Source: an uncultured Acidobacteriota bacterium
GTDB lineage: Bacteria > Acidobacteriota > Blastocatellia > RBC074
Assembly: GCA_963796275.1 (NCBI GenBank)
Contig: CAWCKY010000003.1
Span: 1,618,737-1,682,736 of the forward strand
DNA: 64,000 nucleotides
Reading direction: 5' to 3'
Both the position numbers and the translations under genes were made by a program. Positions 25,077-37,100 of the stretch are shown here, piece after piece; the stretch's first letter is position 1, and each line of letters starts with the position of its first letter. The notes below the pieces were generated by a model. That model made no database searches. It was not told where the DNA came from and worked only from the letters and a program-made list of their open reading frames with translations.

Positions 25077-28000
25077 ATGAACACCCTACTAGCTAGAGGC
25101 ATATTGGTGGTAGCTGTACTCACTGCCAGTGTCTTCTCACAGGACTTCCGGGCCACGGTCGGCGGTCTGGTGACTGACCCGAACGGACAGGCGATCGCGG
25201 GCGCGACAGTCAAGGCTGTCCGTGTCGACACCAATGAGACCAAGGAAGTGAGGACGACGTCCGAGGGGCGCTATAGCATCCCATACCTCAATCCGGGCCT
25301 TTACAACATCGAGGTGGTTGCCAACGGCTTCCAGACGCTGAAGCGCGAATCCATCACGCTCCGCGTAGCCGATAAGATAGACCTGCCTCTGCAATTGACT
25401 GTCGGCCAGGTCAGCGAAATGGTTACCGTCACCGGGGGGCAGGAAGTGCTCGATGCCGGCTCGGCCGACCGCGGGCTGGTCTTCGACCCGGTTAAAACTC
25501 AGGAACTGCCGCTCAACGGGCGCCAATCTTACATGCTCCTGCCGCTGACGCCGGGCGTCATCTTCACGCAGGAGACCTTCGGGCCGACCGGCTTTTCCGG
25601 CACGCGCGGGTGGGACACGAATGGTTCATACAAGATCAACGGCGCGCGTGCGGGTCAGAATCTTTTTCTCCTAAACGGCGCTCCGATCAGCGGCGCGGGC
25701 GGCAGTTGGCAGCTTGCGCCCAACGTCGAGGCGGTGCAGGAGTTCAAGGTTATGACCAATACATACGACGCTTCGTATGGCCGCTTCGGAGGAGGCGTGG
25801 TCAATACGACGCTCAAGTCCGGAGCGAATTCGTGGCAGGGAAACATCTTCGACTTTTTCCGCAACGCTATTTTCGACGCCAACTATTTCCAGAATAATGC
25901 TACCGGCCAGATCAAGCCGAAGCACAATCAACATCAATACGGCGGCGTCTTTGGCGGCCCGATTCGCAAGGACAAGGACTTCATCTTTACCAGTTTCGAA
26001 GGCTGGACCGAAAGGATCGGATTTCCGACGTTACAGAGCGTGCCTCCCGATCAGTTGCGAGATGGCCAGAACTTCGGTGCTCTCGGCATTTCGATCTTCA
26101 ATCCATGGAGTATTCATAATTGCGGTGATAGGGCGAACGAGACATCGGCATTTTGCACGGTGAACAACACCAGGCGCCTATTCGTTCGCGATCAGTTCAG
26201 ATGTGACGATGCTGGCAATCCTCTCCCGCTACTTGAGAACAATCTCCAGAATCAGGGTATTGGTACACCTTGCAATAAGATTCCACAGGCACTTCTCAGC
26301 CCGATTGGGCAACGGATACTCTCATTCTATCCCAGCGCGACCGCCGGTCTGGGAGGCCAACTCAACAACAACTTCGTCAATGGCGGCAACGTAGGACGAT
26401 ATCGTTATTATCAGCCGATGGTGCGCTGGGATCATATCTTCAACGAGAAGGACAAGCTTCATGTCATTTTCACCTACCAGCACGGCGGCGAATATCGCAA
26501 TCAGACGGGCTTCGCGGCTCCGTCGGGTTTTGGTGACATCGGGTCGGAGCGCACTAATCAGAACTACATCATCTCCTGGACCCGTGTGATTTCGCCGACC
26601 ACATTGCTCGATGTCCGTGCCTCCTATGGCCGATTTACTTCCTTCTTTCCCAGTTGGACTGATTACAACCTGACTCCACAGGACCTGGGCATGATACAAA
26701 TGCTCAAGGCGCCCTCGCTATCGATGAGGGGAGTTGAGTTGAACTCGGTTCCCAGAATTACGCTCGGCGACTTCACGTCACTATTCGGTGGCGGCGGCCT
26801 TTTCAGTTGGAACACGGAAAACCAGTGGAACCTCGCTCCCAGCTTGACCCAGACGCGCGGCAGGCACAATCTGCGGATTGGCGGCGAGATCAACTACTAT
26901 GCTACCGGTTCCTACGGCCCGGGTTTGGGAACCGGCAACTTCGATTTCAACTCAGGTTGGACGCAACAATTCCCCGATGTCCGGCGCAACGGCCGCGACG
27001 GCAGCTCGATAGCCGGTCTCCTGATGGGTATACCCGCGGGCGGTGGTATCGACATCAATAATTCCGCATACCAATCCCGCCCCTACTTCGGCATCTACAT
27101 TCAGGATGACTGGAAGGTCAATACTCGATTGACCATGAGTCTCGGATTACGTTACGACGTGCAGGTTCCCTGGCTTGAGCGGTTCAATCGCAGGGCACGT
27201 GACTTCGATCTCGAATCCAAGAATCCGTACAGCGATCAGATTCTGGAAAATTGGAGGAATATCAAGGCTCAATGGGATATCGATCATCCCAATGACTCGT
27301 ATCGCTATCCTGATCCGCCCGCGGAGTTGAAGGGCGGATACATATTCGCTGGTGTAAATGGCGAGCCGCGCCGGACATACGATACTGACTGGAGCAACAT
27401 CGCGCCCCGCATCGGCATTGCATTACGCATAACGGACAAGACGGTGCTGCGCGCAGGCGGCGGAGTCTACTTTCAGTCGCCCACGCAAGGAGGCGTCGCA
27501 CCGGGATTCAACCAGGGGACCCCATATATCGCAGCTATCCCAACGCTGAATGGCGCTCGGCCTCAGGCAGGGATAACGGGGCCTTTTTCTCTCGAAAACC
27601 CGTTCCCGAACGGACTTGTGATACCTCCCGGTTCTAGCATGGGGCTGGCTACCAATGCCGGTCAGGGAATCAGCTTCGATACCCCGAACTTCAGGATTCC
27701 GCGGACTTATCAGTATTCCCTGGGATTCCAACACGAGCTGCCGAACGGGATATTGTTGGAGGCGTCCTATGCCGGCAACTATCAGATATACATCCCGTAC
27801 GGCTACAACATGAACCGCTGGAGTCTGGACGATAACAATCGCGGTTTTGCGGATAACAGTTATCTGAATCGCAATCTGCCCAATCCGTTTTTCGGTATCC
27901 TTCCCTATTGGACAGGCCTCGGAAACGGCCTCACGATCAGCGCGCAGAACCTGCTGAGGCCCAATCCGATCTTCACGGACATGGTCAATAATTTTATTCA

Positions 28001-28697
28001 GGATGGTCATTACCGATCCGACTCCCTCCAGCTCAAGGTCGAGAAGCGGGTGCTCGGCGGCGGAACTTCCGGCATCCTGACTTTCGGATTGTCATATACA
28101 TTGGCGAAAGCGTTTGAGCAGAATCATCGGTTGAACGACTGGAATTTGGAAGAGACGCCCGTATATGAATTGGACAACACCGATAAGACTCACAGTCTTT
28201 CACTCTACGGTGTCTGGGATTTACCCGCGGGCAAAGGGCGGAAGTTCAATGTCGGCAACCCGGTGGCTGGAGCGGTTATCAACAACTGGAGCTTCGACTG
28301 GATACTCCAATACGTCAACGGCTATCCAATAGGCTGGCCGAATCTCATAAACAATTGCGGCACCTGGAAGGCGACCGAACCGAACGAGGATGCCTGGTTC
28401 AACAACGACAAGAGCTGCTATGCGAGGTACCCGTCTTTCGCAGTCCGTACGCTTCCGGATCGATTCCCCGACATCCGCGAGCCCCAGAAGCCGCAGCTGA
28501 ACATCGCCCTCTCAAAGACGTTTCCCTTTAAGGAGAAATATAAATTCCTCCTCCGTTGGGAGACTTTCAATGTCACCAACACTCCTATTCGCCCTGGTCC
28601 TGACGGGAATATCGACAACGCCACATTTGGAATGTTGCCGAAGAGCCAGAGAAACTTCCCGCGCGTGATGCAGATCGCGGCGAAGTTCTACTTCTAA
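25077..28697 (+). CDS. TonB-dependent receptor with carboxypeptidase-regulatory-like N-terminal domain
   Basis: Signal peptide, ELPLNGR, VQEFKVMTNTYDASYGR, YIQDDWKV, NIAPRIG, C-terminal KFYF. Confidence 0.93.
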   Translation: MNTLLARGILVVAVLTASVFSQDFRATVGGLVTDPNGQAIAGATVKAVRVDTNETKEVRTTSEGRYSIPYLNPGLYNIEVVANGFQTLKRESITLRVADKIDLPLQLTVGQVSEMVTVTGGQEVLDAGSADRGLVFDPVKTQELPLNGRQSYMLLPLTPGVIFTQETFGPTGFSGTRGWDTNGSYKINGARAGQNLFLLNGAPISGAGGSWQLAPNVEAVQEFKVMTNTYDASYGRFGGGVVNTTLKSGANSWQGNIFDFFRNAIFDANYFQNNATGQIKPKHNQHQYGGVFGGPIRKDKDFIFTSFEGWTERIGFPTLQSVPPDQLRDGQNFGALGISIFNPWSIHNCGDRANETSAFCTVNNTRRLFVRDQFRCDDAGNPLPLLENNLQNQGIGTPCNKIPQALLSPIGQRILSFYPSATAGLGGQLNNNFVNGGNVGRYRYYQPMVRWDHIFNEKDKLHVIFTYQHGGEYRNQTGFAAPSGFGDIGSERTNQNYIISWTRVISPTTLLDVRASYGRFTSFFPSWTDYNLTPQDLGMIQMLKAPSLSMRGVELNSVPRITLGDFTSLFGGGGLFSWNTENQWNLAPSLTQTRGRHNLRIGGEINYYATGSYGPGLGTGNFDFNSGWTQQFPDVRRNGRDGSSIAGLLMGIPAGGGIDINNSAYQSRPYFGIYIQDDWKVNTRLTMSLGLRYDVQVPWLERFNRRARDFDLESKNPYSDQILENWRNIKAQWDIDHPNDSYRYPDPPAELKGGYIFAGVNGEPRRTYDTDWSNIAPRIGIALRITDKTVLRAGGGVYFQSPTQGGVAPGFNQGTPYIAAIPTLNGARPQAGITGPFSLENPFPNGLVIPPGSSMGLATNAGQGISFDTPNFRIPRTYQYSLGFQHELPNGILLEASYAGNYQIYIPYGYNMNRWSLDDNNRGFADNSYLNRNLPNPFFGILPYWTGLGNGLTISAQNLLRPNPIFTDMVNNFIQDGHYRSDSLQLKVEKRVLGGGTSGILTFGLSYTLAKAFEQNHRLNDWNLEETPVYELDNTDKTHSLSLYGVWDLPAGKGRKFNVGNPVAGAVINNWSFDWILQYVNGYPIGWPNLINNCGTWKATEPNEDAWFNNDKSCYARYPSFAVRTLPDRFPDIREPQKPQLNIALSKTFPFKEKYKFLLRWETFNVTNTPIRPGPDGNIDNATFGMLPKSQRNFPRVMQIAAKFYF

Positions 28698-28721
28698 CTC
28701 ATCGCTGGCCTTAAAAGCTAA

Positions 28722-28756
28722 GAGGCGCCTATTGCCGCGAGGCATGGGCGCCTCTC
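28722..28756 (+). terminator. Hairpin terminator after the TonB receptor
   Basis: GAGGCGCCTATTGCC-GCGA-GGCATGGGCGCCTC followed by T-rich sequence. Confidence 0.6.
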
Positions 28757-29119
28757 CCATTTTTATTGGCGGATTGCCGCGGAATAAAGTAAAGTCCGTT
28801 ATCCCAAACAGGACGACTACGCGAACTGCCCGGCGTTGCAGAAATTGGTGACATTCGCTTCTCACCTGAAATCAGAGACTCAACGGTTGAGCATTCCCGC
28901 AGACCTGCAGAGTGTCAAGCTTCTTTTCCCTATCGTCCATTGCCAAAAGCCCAGACTGTAATAAGAGAAGCCGGATGTTGATTCCGAGCCGCGCACCTTG
29001 AGTGCTAATGCGATTAAACAATGAGCCACAAAAAGGGAAAGAGAACACAAAAAGCGCACAAGGTATAATCCGTGCCTTTTTATGTTCTCTTATGTTTTTG
29101 TGGCGAATCCAACCCCCAC

Positions 29120-31600
29120 TCACTTTGATGCCGTAGCGCCTCTCGGCCCGGCGTTCTTCACATACTTATCCATCCAATTGATCATCTCGGCCAGCGTATG
29201 CAGCACCGACTCGCGTGCGGCATAACCGTGGGCCTCGTACGGGAGCGTCACATAGCGCACGGTAGCGCCGTGGCCTTTGAGAGCCATGTAGAGCCGCTCG
29301 GACTGAATCGGATAGGTGCCCGAATTGTCATCAGCCTCGCCGTGAGTCAACAAGATCGGCTCGTTGATCTTGTTCGCGTGCCAGAATGGCGACATCTTCG
29401 CATAGATATTCGGCACCTCCCAGAAGGTGCGCCGCTCGGCTTGGAACCCGAATGGTGTGAGCGTGCGGTTATATGCTCCGCTGCGAGCGATGCCGGCGCG
29501 GAATAGATCTGAGTGCGCGAGGAGATTGGCTGTCATGAATGCGCCGTAACTGTGGCCTCCCACTCCGATGCGGTCGCGGTCGGCTACTCCCATCTCGACT
29601 ACTTTGTTGATGGCCGCTTCCGCGCTTGCGACGAGCTGCTCGACGTAGGTATCGTTCGCCGTCTCGCCCTGGCCGACAATCGGCATGGTCGGGTTGTCGA
29701 AGATCGCATATCCCTGCGTCAACAGGAAAAGGTGTGACATTCCGGTAACTCTGATGAAGCGATAAGGCGAGCCGGTTATCTGGCTGGCCGTATCCCCGTC
29801 GGTGAACTCGCGCGGGTACGCCCACATCACCAATGGCAATCGCTCGCCTTTCTTGTAGCCGGGCGGCAGATAAAGCGTGCCGCTCAGTTTTACGCCGTCT
29901 TTCCGTTCATAGGTGACGAATTGTTTTTCTATTCCGGTTAGCTGCGGCGCCGGATCTTTGAATTCGGTGATGGCGCGTTTTGTCCCGGCCGCGAGGTCGC
30001 GGATGAAATAGTTCGCTGGTTCGGTCAACGACTCGTATTGGGTGAGTACGGTCTTCGCATCATCATCGAGCAGGGCAACGACCGATTCGTATGACTTTTC
30101 ATCACAGTGGAAGAGCCGTTCGGTCTTGAGCGTTTTCAGGTCGATCCGGTCGAGGAAAGGCCGGTCGCCTTCCCTGGATGCACCTTGTCCGGTCAGATAG
30201 ACGTAATCGCCACGCTGAATTATCAGTCCGCTGCCCCCAATTCCACCGCGACGGCCACCGCCGCCGCCATCAGTATCTCCATCTCTCCTGGTGACCGGTG
30301 CCCCGGGGTTTTTATAAGCATCCTGTTGCCGTCGCTCCCAGATTTTGCGCGGCTGTGCGCCGGCTTCGAGAATCCAGGTTCGCGTAAGACGCGTCGGGCG
30401 ATCGTTTTCGCTCACCAGCGCGATCCCCTTTTCGGTATATGCTATGCCATCAAATCGCCACTCGGTCTTTATTACCTCGACCGTCGCGCCGGAGAATGGC
30501 GCCGCGAGCGCGACGACTTTATCCCGGAATGGTACTTTGTTCTTCAGGCTTCCCCCATCGAGCGCTTCGACCCAGGTCATCGTCGCAGGTTGATCGGGGC
30601 GCCAGCGGAAACTGCGCGGCCCGGTCTGTACGCCGTTAATCGGAACGCCCTCGCTTGACGGCACCTCGGCGATCTTATTGACTGCCTCGCCTCGCTTGTT
30701 CCATATCTCGACATCATTAGGAAAGCCGCTCATCGGTACCAGCCGGGAGAATGGACGCTTGATCCGGGATACGAGAAGGTACTCGCCGCTCGGGGATGCG
30801 GATACACTCTCGATGATTGCGGGTTTGCCGATCAGCGTCTTACGGCCGTTGTTGCTATCGAAGGTTGCAACCTGGCTCGTAAAGTAGTACTCGAAAATGG
30901 CCTCATCATGATTGGTTTTGATCAGGTCCTGCACGGTCGCGGCGGGAGCCGCCTTGCCGTCATTCTCCTGAATGTTCGGGCCTGCCGGAACGCTCGGCGC
31001 GGCAGGGGCCGGGCCGCGGCCGGCCGGCACGATAGTGCAGATCAGCGTGACGCCATCCTTCAGCCAGTCGCAGGGATCACCCCCGGTTCCATTTAAGCGT
31101 TCTGACCCGCTGAGTAGCTTGGATTTTCCCGAGGCTGTGTCGGCGACCCACAGTTCGATGCCGTTTTCTCTGTAGTTGTTGAATGAAAGCCGCTTGCCGT
31201 CGGATGAGAAGCTGACGCCGCCGATGTTAGGATCGGGAGGCAGGGTCATCTTCTTTTCCGTGCCATCGACAATAGATTTCAGCGTGATGGCGATGATGCC
31301 GCCGCCGCGTTGCTGCCGGCCATTAGTTTTCGGATTGATGCGTGCCCCCGCGACCCGATGGATCGGCTCCGCTAATTCGGCGATCGCTGGCATGCTGCGC
31401 CGTGAGAGCATCGCGATCGTGCGGCGATCGGGAGAGACGGTCACGCTTGGCGTCGGCTGTGTATCGAGAATGTCGACGATGACTTTCGGCGGCGTCAGAT
31501 ACCCGGATACTGTGGCGGGTTGTTTCCGCGTCTGTCCATGCTGCACCGAAGTCAAGGCGAGAAAGAATGTGGCGATTAATACAAATAATCTTTTGCGCAA
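29120..31600 (-). CDS. S9 family (prolyl oligopeptidase-like) secreted peptidase
   Basis: GGHSYGAFM nucleophile, HGEADDN and EAHGY catalytic motifs; signal peptide. Confidence 0.92.
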   Translation of the reverse strand: MRKRLFVLIATFFLALTSVQHGQTRKQPATVSGYLTPPKVIVDILDTQPTPSVTVSPDRRTIAMLSRRSMPAIAELAEPIHRVAGARINPKTNGRQQRGGGIIAITLKSIVDGTEKKMTLPPDPNIGGVSFSSDGKRLSFNNYRENGIELWVADTASGKSKLLSGSERLNGTGGDPCDWLKDGVTLICTIVPAGRGPAPAAPSVPAGPNIQENDGKAAPAATVQDLIKTNHDEAIFEYYFTSQVATFDSNNGRKTLIGKPAIIESVSASPSGEYLLVSRIKRPFSRLVPMSGFPNDVEIWNKRGEAVNKIAEVPSSEGVPINGVQTGPRSFRWRPDQPATMTWVEALDGGSLKNKVPFRDKVVALAAPFSGATVEVIKTEWRFDGIAYTEKGIALVSENDRPTRLTRTWILEAGAQPRKIWERRQQDAYKNPGAPVTRRDGDTDGGGGGRRGGIGGSGLIIQRGDYVYLTGQGASREGDRPFLDRIDLKTLKTERLFHCDEKSYESVVALLDDDAKTVLTQYESLTEPANYFIRDLAAGTKRAITEFKDPAPQLTGIEKQFVTYERKDGVKLSGTLYLPPGYKKGERLPLVMWAYPREFTDGDTASQITGSPYRFIRVTGMSHLFLLTQGYAIFDNPTMPIVGQGETANDTYVEQLVASAEAAINKVVEMGVADRDRIGVGGHSYGAFMTANLLAHSDLFRAGIARSGAYNRTLTPFGFQAERRTFWEVPNIYAKMSPFWHANKINEPILLTHGEADDNSGTYPIQSERLYMALKGHGATVRYVTLPYEAHGYAARESVLHTLAEMINWMDKYVKNAGPRGATASK

Positions 31601-31924
31601 GGTGAGTCTCCTATCTTTTCTTGATTTTCTATTGGTGCTTACTTATGGTCTGCTATTCAAGACGCAATGTTCAACATGTAGGTTTCAGAATGTTGATCAT
31701 AACTTCGTCTATGTTCGTTTGAAAATGGTGAAGCTTCAGATGCGGGTAATGCAAGTCTTGATGTCTGTGGAATGCACGGCCTGATGTCTTGGGAAAATAG
31801 ATGCGACTACGGATTACGTCCAATTAGCGACGGTTGATATAGAGCGACGCGACGCGGGACAATCTCGTGTGTCTCTGTGGGGTTGAAACATAATAGAGAT
31901 TCGAGTTCTTGCCCTATCGGGGCT

Positions 31925-32150
31925 ATGTATTGAATTGAGCGCCGAAGGCGCGGAATAAAATAGCCGCGGGTGGAGCGCGCAGCGCGCAACCCCTGGTAAC
32001 CGGCAAGCGAACCGCCGCGCCCTGTAAAGGCGCAATAGACGAATGGCTATTTCACCCTTTCAGGGCTTGACGGTTCTCCTCGATGCTTTCAGGGGCTTCG
32101 CGCTGCGCGCTACACCCCTGGCTCTTTTATTTAGGCCCTTTGGGGCCTAC
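31925..32150. repeat. REP/REPIN-like composite palindrome
   Basis: AATAAAATAGCC...GCGCGCAGCGCG...CCCCTG paired with CAGGGG...CGCGCTGCGCGC...GGCTCTTTTATT, with an internal GCCCTGTAAAGG/CCCTTTCAGGGC pair. Confidence 0.7.
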
Positions 32151-32189
32151 TGCAATGAACTTGGCAGCTTTCAAATCACGTTTTTAACT

Positions 32190-33053
32190 ATGAAAATTAT
32201 CATCACCGGCGCAGGCGGATTTGTCGGGAAGCGATTGACCCGATTCTTCTCTACATGTCACGACGTCCTTGCCCTTTCGCATCAGATGCTCGAGATAACC
32301 GATAACCATGCAGTTAGACGGTTGATCACAGATATCCGCCCGGATCTGATAATTAATTGCGCGGTGCTGGGTGTGGACGAGTGCGAAGCCGATCCGTCGC
32401 TGGCGTATTCCGTCAATACCGCGGGGCCGCAATATCTTGCAGAAGCCGCCACCGAATGTGATGCCGAAATAATGCACATCAGCACCAATTATGTCTTCGA
32501 TGGGAATCTCGCGGCTGGATCGTTTTACACGATCCGCGATGCGGCACTGCCGATCAACAAGTATGGTGAGACGAAGCTCGCCGGTGAGATCGCGGTGCGG
32601 CAGGCAGCGCCGAAGAGTTATATTGTGCGAACCTCCTGGGTCTTCGGTCAGGGCAAAGAGAACAATTTCTTCGGCATGGCGGCGCGCGCGTTGATTGAAA
32701 GGAGGCGCCTGCGGGCCGTGACGGATATCTGGGCGAGCGTCACCTACGTGGACGATCTGGCCGCAAGAATTGACGAAATCCTCGCCTTCCATCGCTATCA
32801 GACGTATCATGTCGTAAATGACGGCGCCTGTTCGTACTATGATTTCGCTTGTGAAACCGCGCGCACGCTGAAGCTGACGAGCGCGGAGATAAGCGATTTG
32901 ATCGAAGCCGCCACCGAATCTGAAATGCAGCGCAAGGCTCCTCGTCCGAGGTATACGCCGATGCGCTGCCTGGTTTCAGAGGAGCTCGGACTTCCGGCAT
33001 TGCGCCAGTGGCGGGCAGCGTTGTCCCCATACTTAAACGGCCTTCGTGGCTAA
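32190..33053 (+). CDS. rfbD: dTDP-4-dehydrorhamnose reductase family SDR
   Basis: Start MKIIITGAGGFVG; HISTNYVFDG, YGETK and APRPRY motifs. Confidence 0.85.
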   Translation: MKIIITGAGGFVGKRLTRFFSTCHDVLALSHQMLEITDNHAVRRLITDIRPDLIINCAVLGVDECEADPSLAYSVNTAGPQYLAEAATECDAEIMHISTNYVFDGNLAAGSFYTIRDAALPINKYGETKLAGEIAVRQAAPKSYIVRTSWVFGQGKENNFFGMAARALIERRRLRAVTDIWASVTYVDDLAARIDEILAFHRYQTYHVVNDGACSYYDFACETARTLKLTSAEISDLIEAATESEMQRKAPRPRYTPMRCLVSEELGLPALRQWRAALSPYLNGLRG

Positions 33054-33085
33054 TCCCCTAGAAGGGCCGGACGAAAGGATCATCA

Positions 33086-33971
33086 ATGAAGCAGAAAACT
33101 ATTATTTTCTGCGCCGCCATCCTGAGCCTCTCTTTCGTCTTCTGGCCGGCGCGGACGCAAAACCTTTCCGATCGCAAGTCTCTACTAGAGTCTTGGAATA
33201 AACCGTTCAAACCCTTTCGCATCATCGACAAGATTTACTACGTCGGCACCAACAATCTGGCGTGTTACCTGATCACGACGCCGGGCGGTCACATCCTGAT
33301 CGACACCGCGATGCAGGAATCGGCGCCGATTATCCGGGCAAACATCGAGGCGCTCGGATACAAATTGAGGAACATCAGGATCATTCTCTCAAGCCACGCG
33401 CACTTCGATCACGTCGCCGGGCACGCGGATATGATGGCTGCGACCGGCGCCAAGGTTTACGCCACAGAAGCAGACGCCGCGACGCTGGAGAGCGGCGGCA
33501 CCAAGGGGTTTCATCCGCTGACGCCCTACAAACCCGTCAAAGTAAGCAGAGTGTTGAAGGACGGTGATATTGTAAGACTCGGCAATGTGGCTCTGACGGC
33601 TCACCTGACTGCCGGCCACACGGAGGGAAACACAACCTGGACGACCACGGTCGAGGAGAATGGCAAGAAGTATGACGTCGTTTTTGTCGGGAGTATGTCG
33701 ATCAATCCCGGCGTCCGGATGGTGAACTATCCGCCATGGCCGAAGATCGCGGAGGCCTATGCCAAATCTTTCCGAGTCTTGAAAGAGTTGCCGTGCGACG
33801 TCTTCCTGGGGCCGCACGCGCCCTTTTTCGATATGGAGGAGAAGGTGCGCCGGCTGGAAGCCGATCCCAAGACGAATCCATTCATCAGATCCTGATGGCT
33901 ATCGCAACTACATCGTCAGGTTTGAAAAGCTATACAACGATCAGCTCGAACGGGAGCGCGACGATAAATGA
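33086..33971 (+). CDS. Subclass B3 metallo-beta-lactamase; frameshift near 33887 (true C-terminus DPDGYRNYI...ERDDK)
   Basis: Signal peptide; PFRIIDKIYYVGT, HAHFDH, TAGHTEG and LPCDVFLGPH. Confidence 0.9.
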
Positions 33972-34177
33972 ATAATCAGTTGGATGCTGCTGAAACCAGT
34001 AGCCGTCGCCTGATAGCTGACAATTCTCCCAACTGATTATTGATTGGTGGTGGAAACCGGTTTCCGGTTGTTCGGGCAAAAAATCACAACAAAACTCACG
34101 CAATACCGCAACGGCGCAAAGGAGAAAAGAGAAAAGTCTTTGCGTCGTCGCGGTTTTGCGTGAGGTAACCTTCATTC

Positions 34178-37100
34178 CTAGAAAGTTAGCTTCAACAGAT
34201 ATCGAATCACGCGGCCGCCGCCGTCTCCCAGCTGCGGTTGCAGGAATTGTCCTGCAGGTGTTGTGAAGACATTGGCAGATGGCCCTGCCGTGTTCGGCGC
34301 GAATGGGCTGATGCTCGCGAATCCGTACTGGGGATGGTTGAAGACGTTAAAGAACTGTGTGCGGAACTGCAGGTTAATGCCTTCTGTGAGCCTGAACTGC
34401 TTTTGAACACTGAAGTCGAAATTGTTGATCCCTCTCGACCGTTCGGTATTGCGTCCAGCCGTACCGCTAAGGCCGCTGCCTTGGCGCAGAAAGATGTAAC
34501 GTGCCGTTGACGGATCGATCGGGGCATTGTTTGCATCGGGGTTGACGTAAATGCCGGTGAAGCGGTTCATGCTGTCCACTTGCGGCACAGCGCGCACGCC
34601 CGCTTGTCCGTTCGGATTGAGGTCCGGGCGATCGTTATTGCCGCCGACGCCGTTTGAATCCTGTCCATTGGTTACCGTATATGGTACGCCGCTCTCAAAC
34701 GTCGTGACCCCTGAAATCTGCCATCCGCCAAGGATCTGTCCCCGCGCACCTTTCTGGTTGCGCATAAACGGCAGATCGTAGACATAACTGAACACGGCAC
34801 GATGAGTCCGGTCGAATAGCGAAACCGCGCGTTCATTGCGCTCGCCGCCGAGGGGAAATGGGATAATTGAGAGCGAACTGTTGCTCAAACCGGTGGAGGC
34901 GAAGAGTTCGCTGTTATTATCTATCAGCTTTGAATATGTGTATGCGCTCGTCAGCGCCAACCCATTGCTGAACCGGCGTGACACCTGGATTTGCCCTGCT
35001 TGGTAGGAAGAAGAGCCGCTATTGGAGCGGATATTGCGCTGGCCTTGTAGGTTGTCCAGCCGCCCGCTGATAAAACATCCGGGCGAGTTAGGCGTACAGG
35101 TGGTCGATCCCGTGAACCCCGCAGGCGTGATCCGTAAATTTGCCGGCACTTGCGGGTTGCGGTCTTCATTCATATAGAGTTTTGTTCCTTTCGTGCCGAT
35201 ATATGAGAAATCGACAACCAGCTGGCTGGGCAGTTCACGTTGAATTCCAACTGACCATCGCTGGTAGTAAGGATTGACTAGCTGTGGGTCGACCAGTGTT
35301 TGTCCATCGAGTGGTGAGAGTGGCCTGGCGGTTATTGGCAGGAGAGTCGACAGATTCGCCAGGCCGCGACCAGTCGTTGTTTGAGAGACGTTCTGCGTCG
35401 CAACGACATTGGGCGATGATGTTGCGGCATTGGAAGCGATGTTATTGAAGAACGAATCGTAACCTATTTGATAGCCGGCGCGGATGACCGTTTTTTTCTG
35501 CCCGAAGAGAGAACCGAGCGGACCGCTCTGGTATTCCGGTGAGTATGCGATGCCGATCGTCGGAGCAAAGTTGTTGTTGTCGGGCTCCACTTTGCTCGGT
35601 TGCGAATATGGTCCCTGGAAGGTAACCGGATCGACGTTGAATAATCCGGTGAACGCAGCAGTGCTGATTGAGTTGATCGGATTACCGAAGTTCTCATAGC
35701 GCACGCCGAGCGTCAACGTGAGCGCTTCATTCATACGCCAGCGATCCTGGACGAAATAGGCCTGGCGAAAGAGTTCGGGGTAGTAGAGCGGGCTGCCGAA
35801 TGTGCGGTTCGCCGAACCGGCGGAGCCGGAAAAATCGTCGGCAAAATTGGCAAAGCTTGTACGGTCCGCGCTGGCATTATAGATGAGCGATCCGCGCTCA
35901 GTGATCGGCGCAAATTGGCGCGAGCGCTGCTGGAGCAGATCGAAGCCGAAACGGAATGTATGATTGCCGCGAACGTGGGTCATCGTGTCCTGAATGACGT
36001 AGTTGTTGGCGACGCGGCCCTGCGGTAAATTTGTTTGAATGCCGAAGTCGTAGCCGAGAGTGGGCGAGTCGGTAATACCGTCGATTTCGATGCTAGGCAA
36101 TGTCAACCCCAGCGGGTTGGTCGGATCGAGCGGAAACGAGAGCGCGATACGGTTATATGATAGACGCAACTCATTTGTGAGGGTTGGGGTGAAGACATGT
36201 GTTTCACTTATCAGGAAGTTCTGAAAACGATTCGGCTGGCTGGTAGTGAAACCCGGCAGACCGAGATCTGCGCCGCCAAGCGGATCTGACTGATTAGAAT
36301 AAAGATAACGGCCGGAGAGTTGTGATGATTCGCTGATCTTATGATCAATGCGAATCTGGAATTGCGGTTCGACGAACGTCCTCGCGAATGATGTTCCGGC
36401 TGTGGCAAATGGGATATTGCCGCGGTCAAGACCGGTCACCGGATCGTTGCCCAACGCGATAGGATTCGGATTCGTAACTCCAACCACACCATCGGTAACA
36501 GCCAGATACGTGTCCACGCGAGGATTCATTCCCTGCGGAAAGAGTTGCCTCAAGTTTGCTCGTCCTGCAGCGGTCGGTACCAGAACATTCGTCGTTTCGT
36601 TGAATGCCTGCCGTTGATTTTGGTATGCGGCGAAAAAGAACGTACGGTCTTTGCCGTCATAAAGCACCGGCCCCCCTTCGCCGAAGCGCGGGAATTTCAC
36701 CGGGCCTCCGAAGGTACCCGCGAAAACATGCTCGGTACCGTAAGGCGGGTATCCGCGATCTGCGATTTCCGGGATGATGGATTGCGTGTTGGTAATAGCG
36801 TCATCGCGCGTCGAATCGTATTGCCACGAAACTGTGCCATGGTACTGATTCGTCCCGGCCTTTGTGATCACGTTGACGACCGCGCCACCGGCACGTCCGA
36901 ACTCGGCATCATAATTCGAAGTTTGAACCGAGACCTCTGAAACCGCATCAGGATTCTTGATCTGGAAGCCCTGCCCGGCGATCGAGATGTCATTGTTCTC
37001 CGTGCCATCGATCAGAAAGTTGTTCGAACGACCGCGACCGCCGTTGACCACAAAAGTGTCGACACCGAAGCCAAAACGGTTGGTAGAAACACCCGGCAGC

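Noticed and set aside
28870-29010. Possible 6S-like or other ncRNA between convergent genes
   Set aside because: Only weak end complementarity (CTCAA/TTGAG); cannot be supported without a covariance-model search
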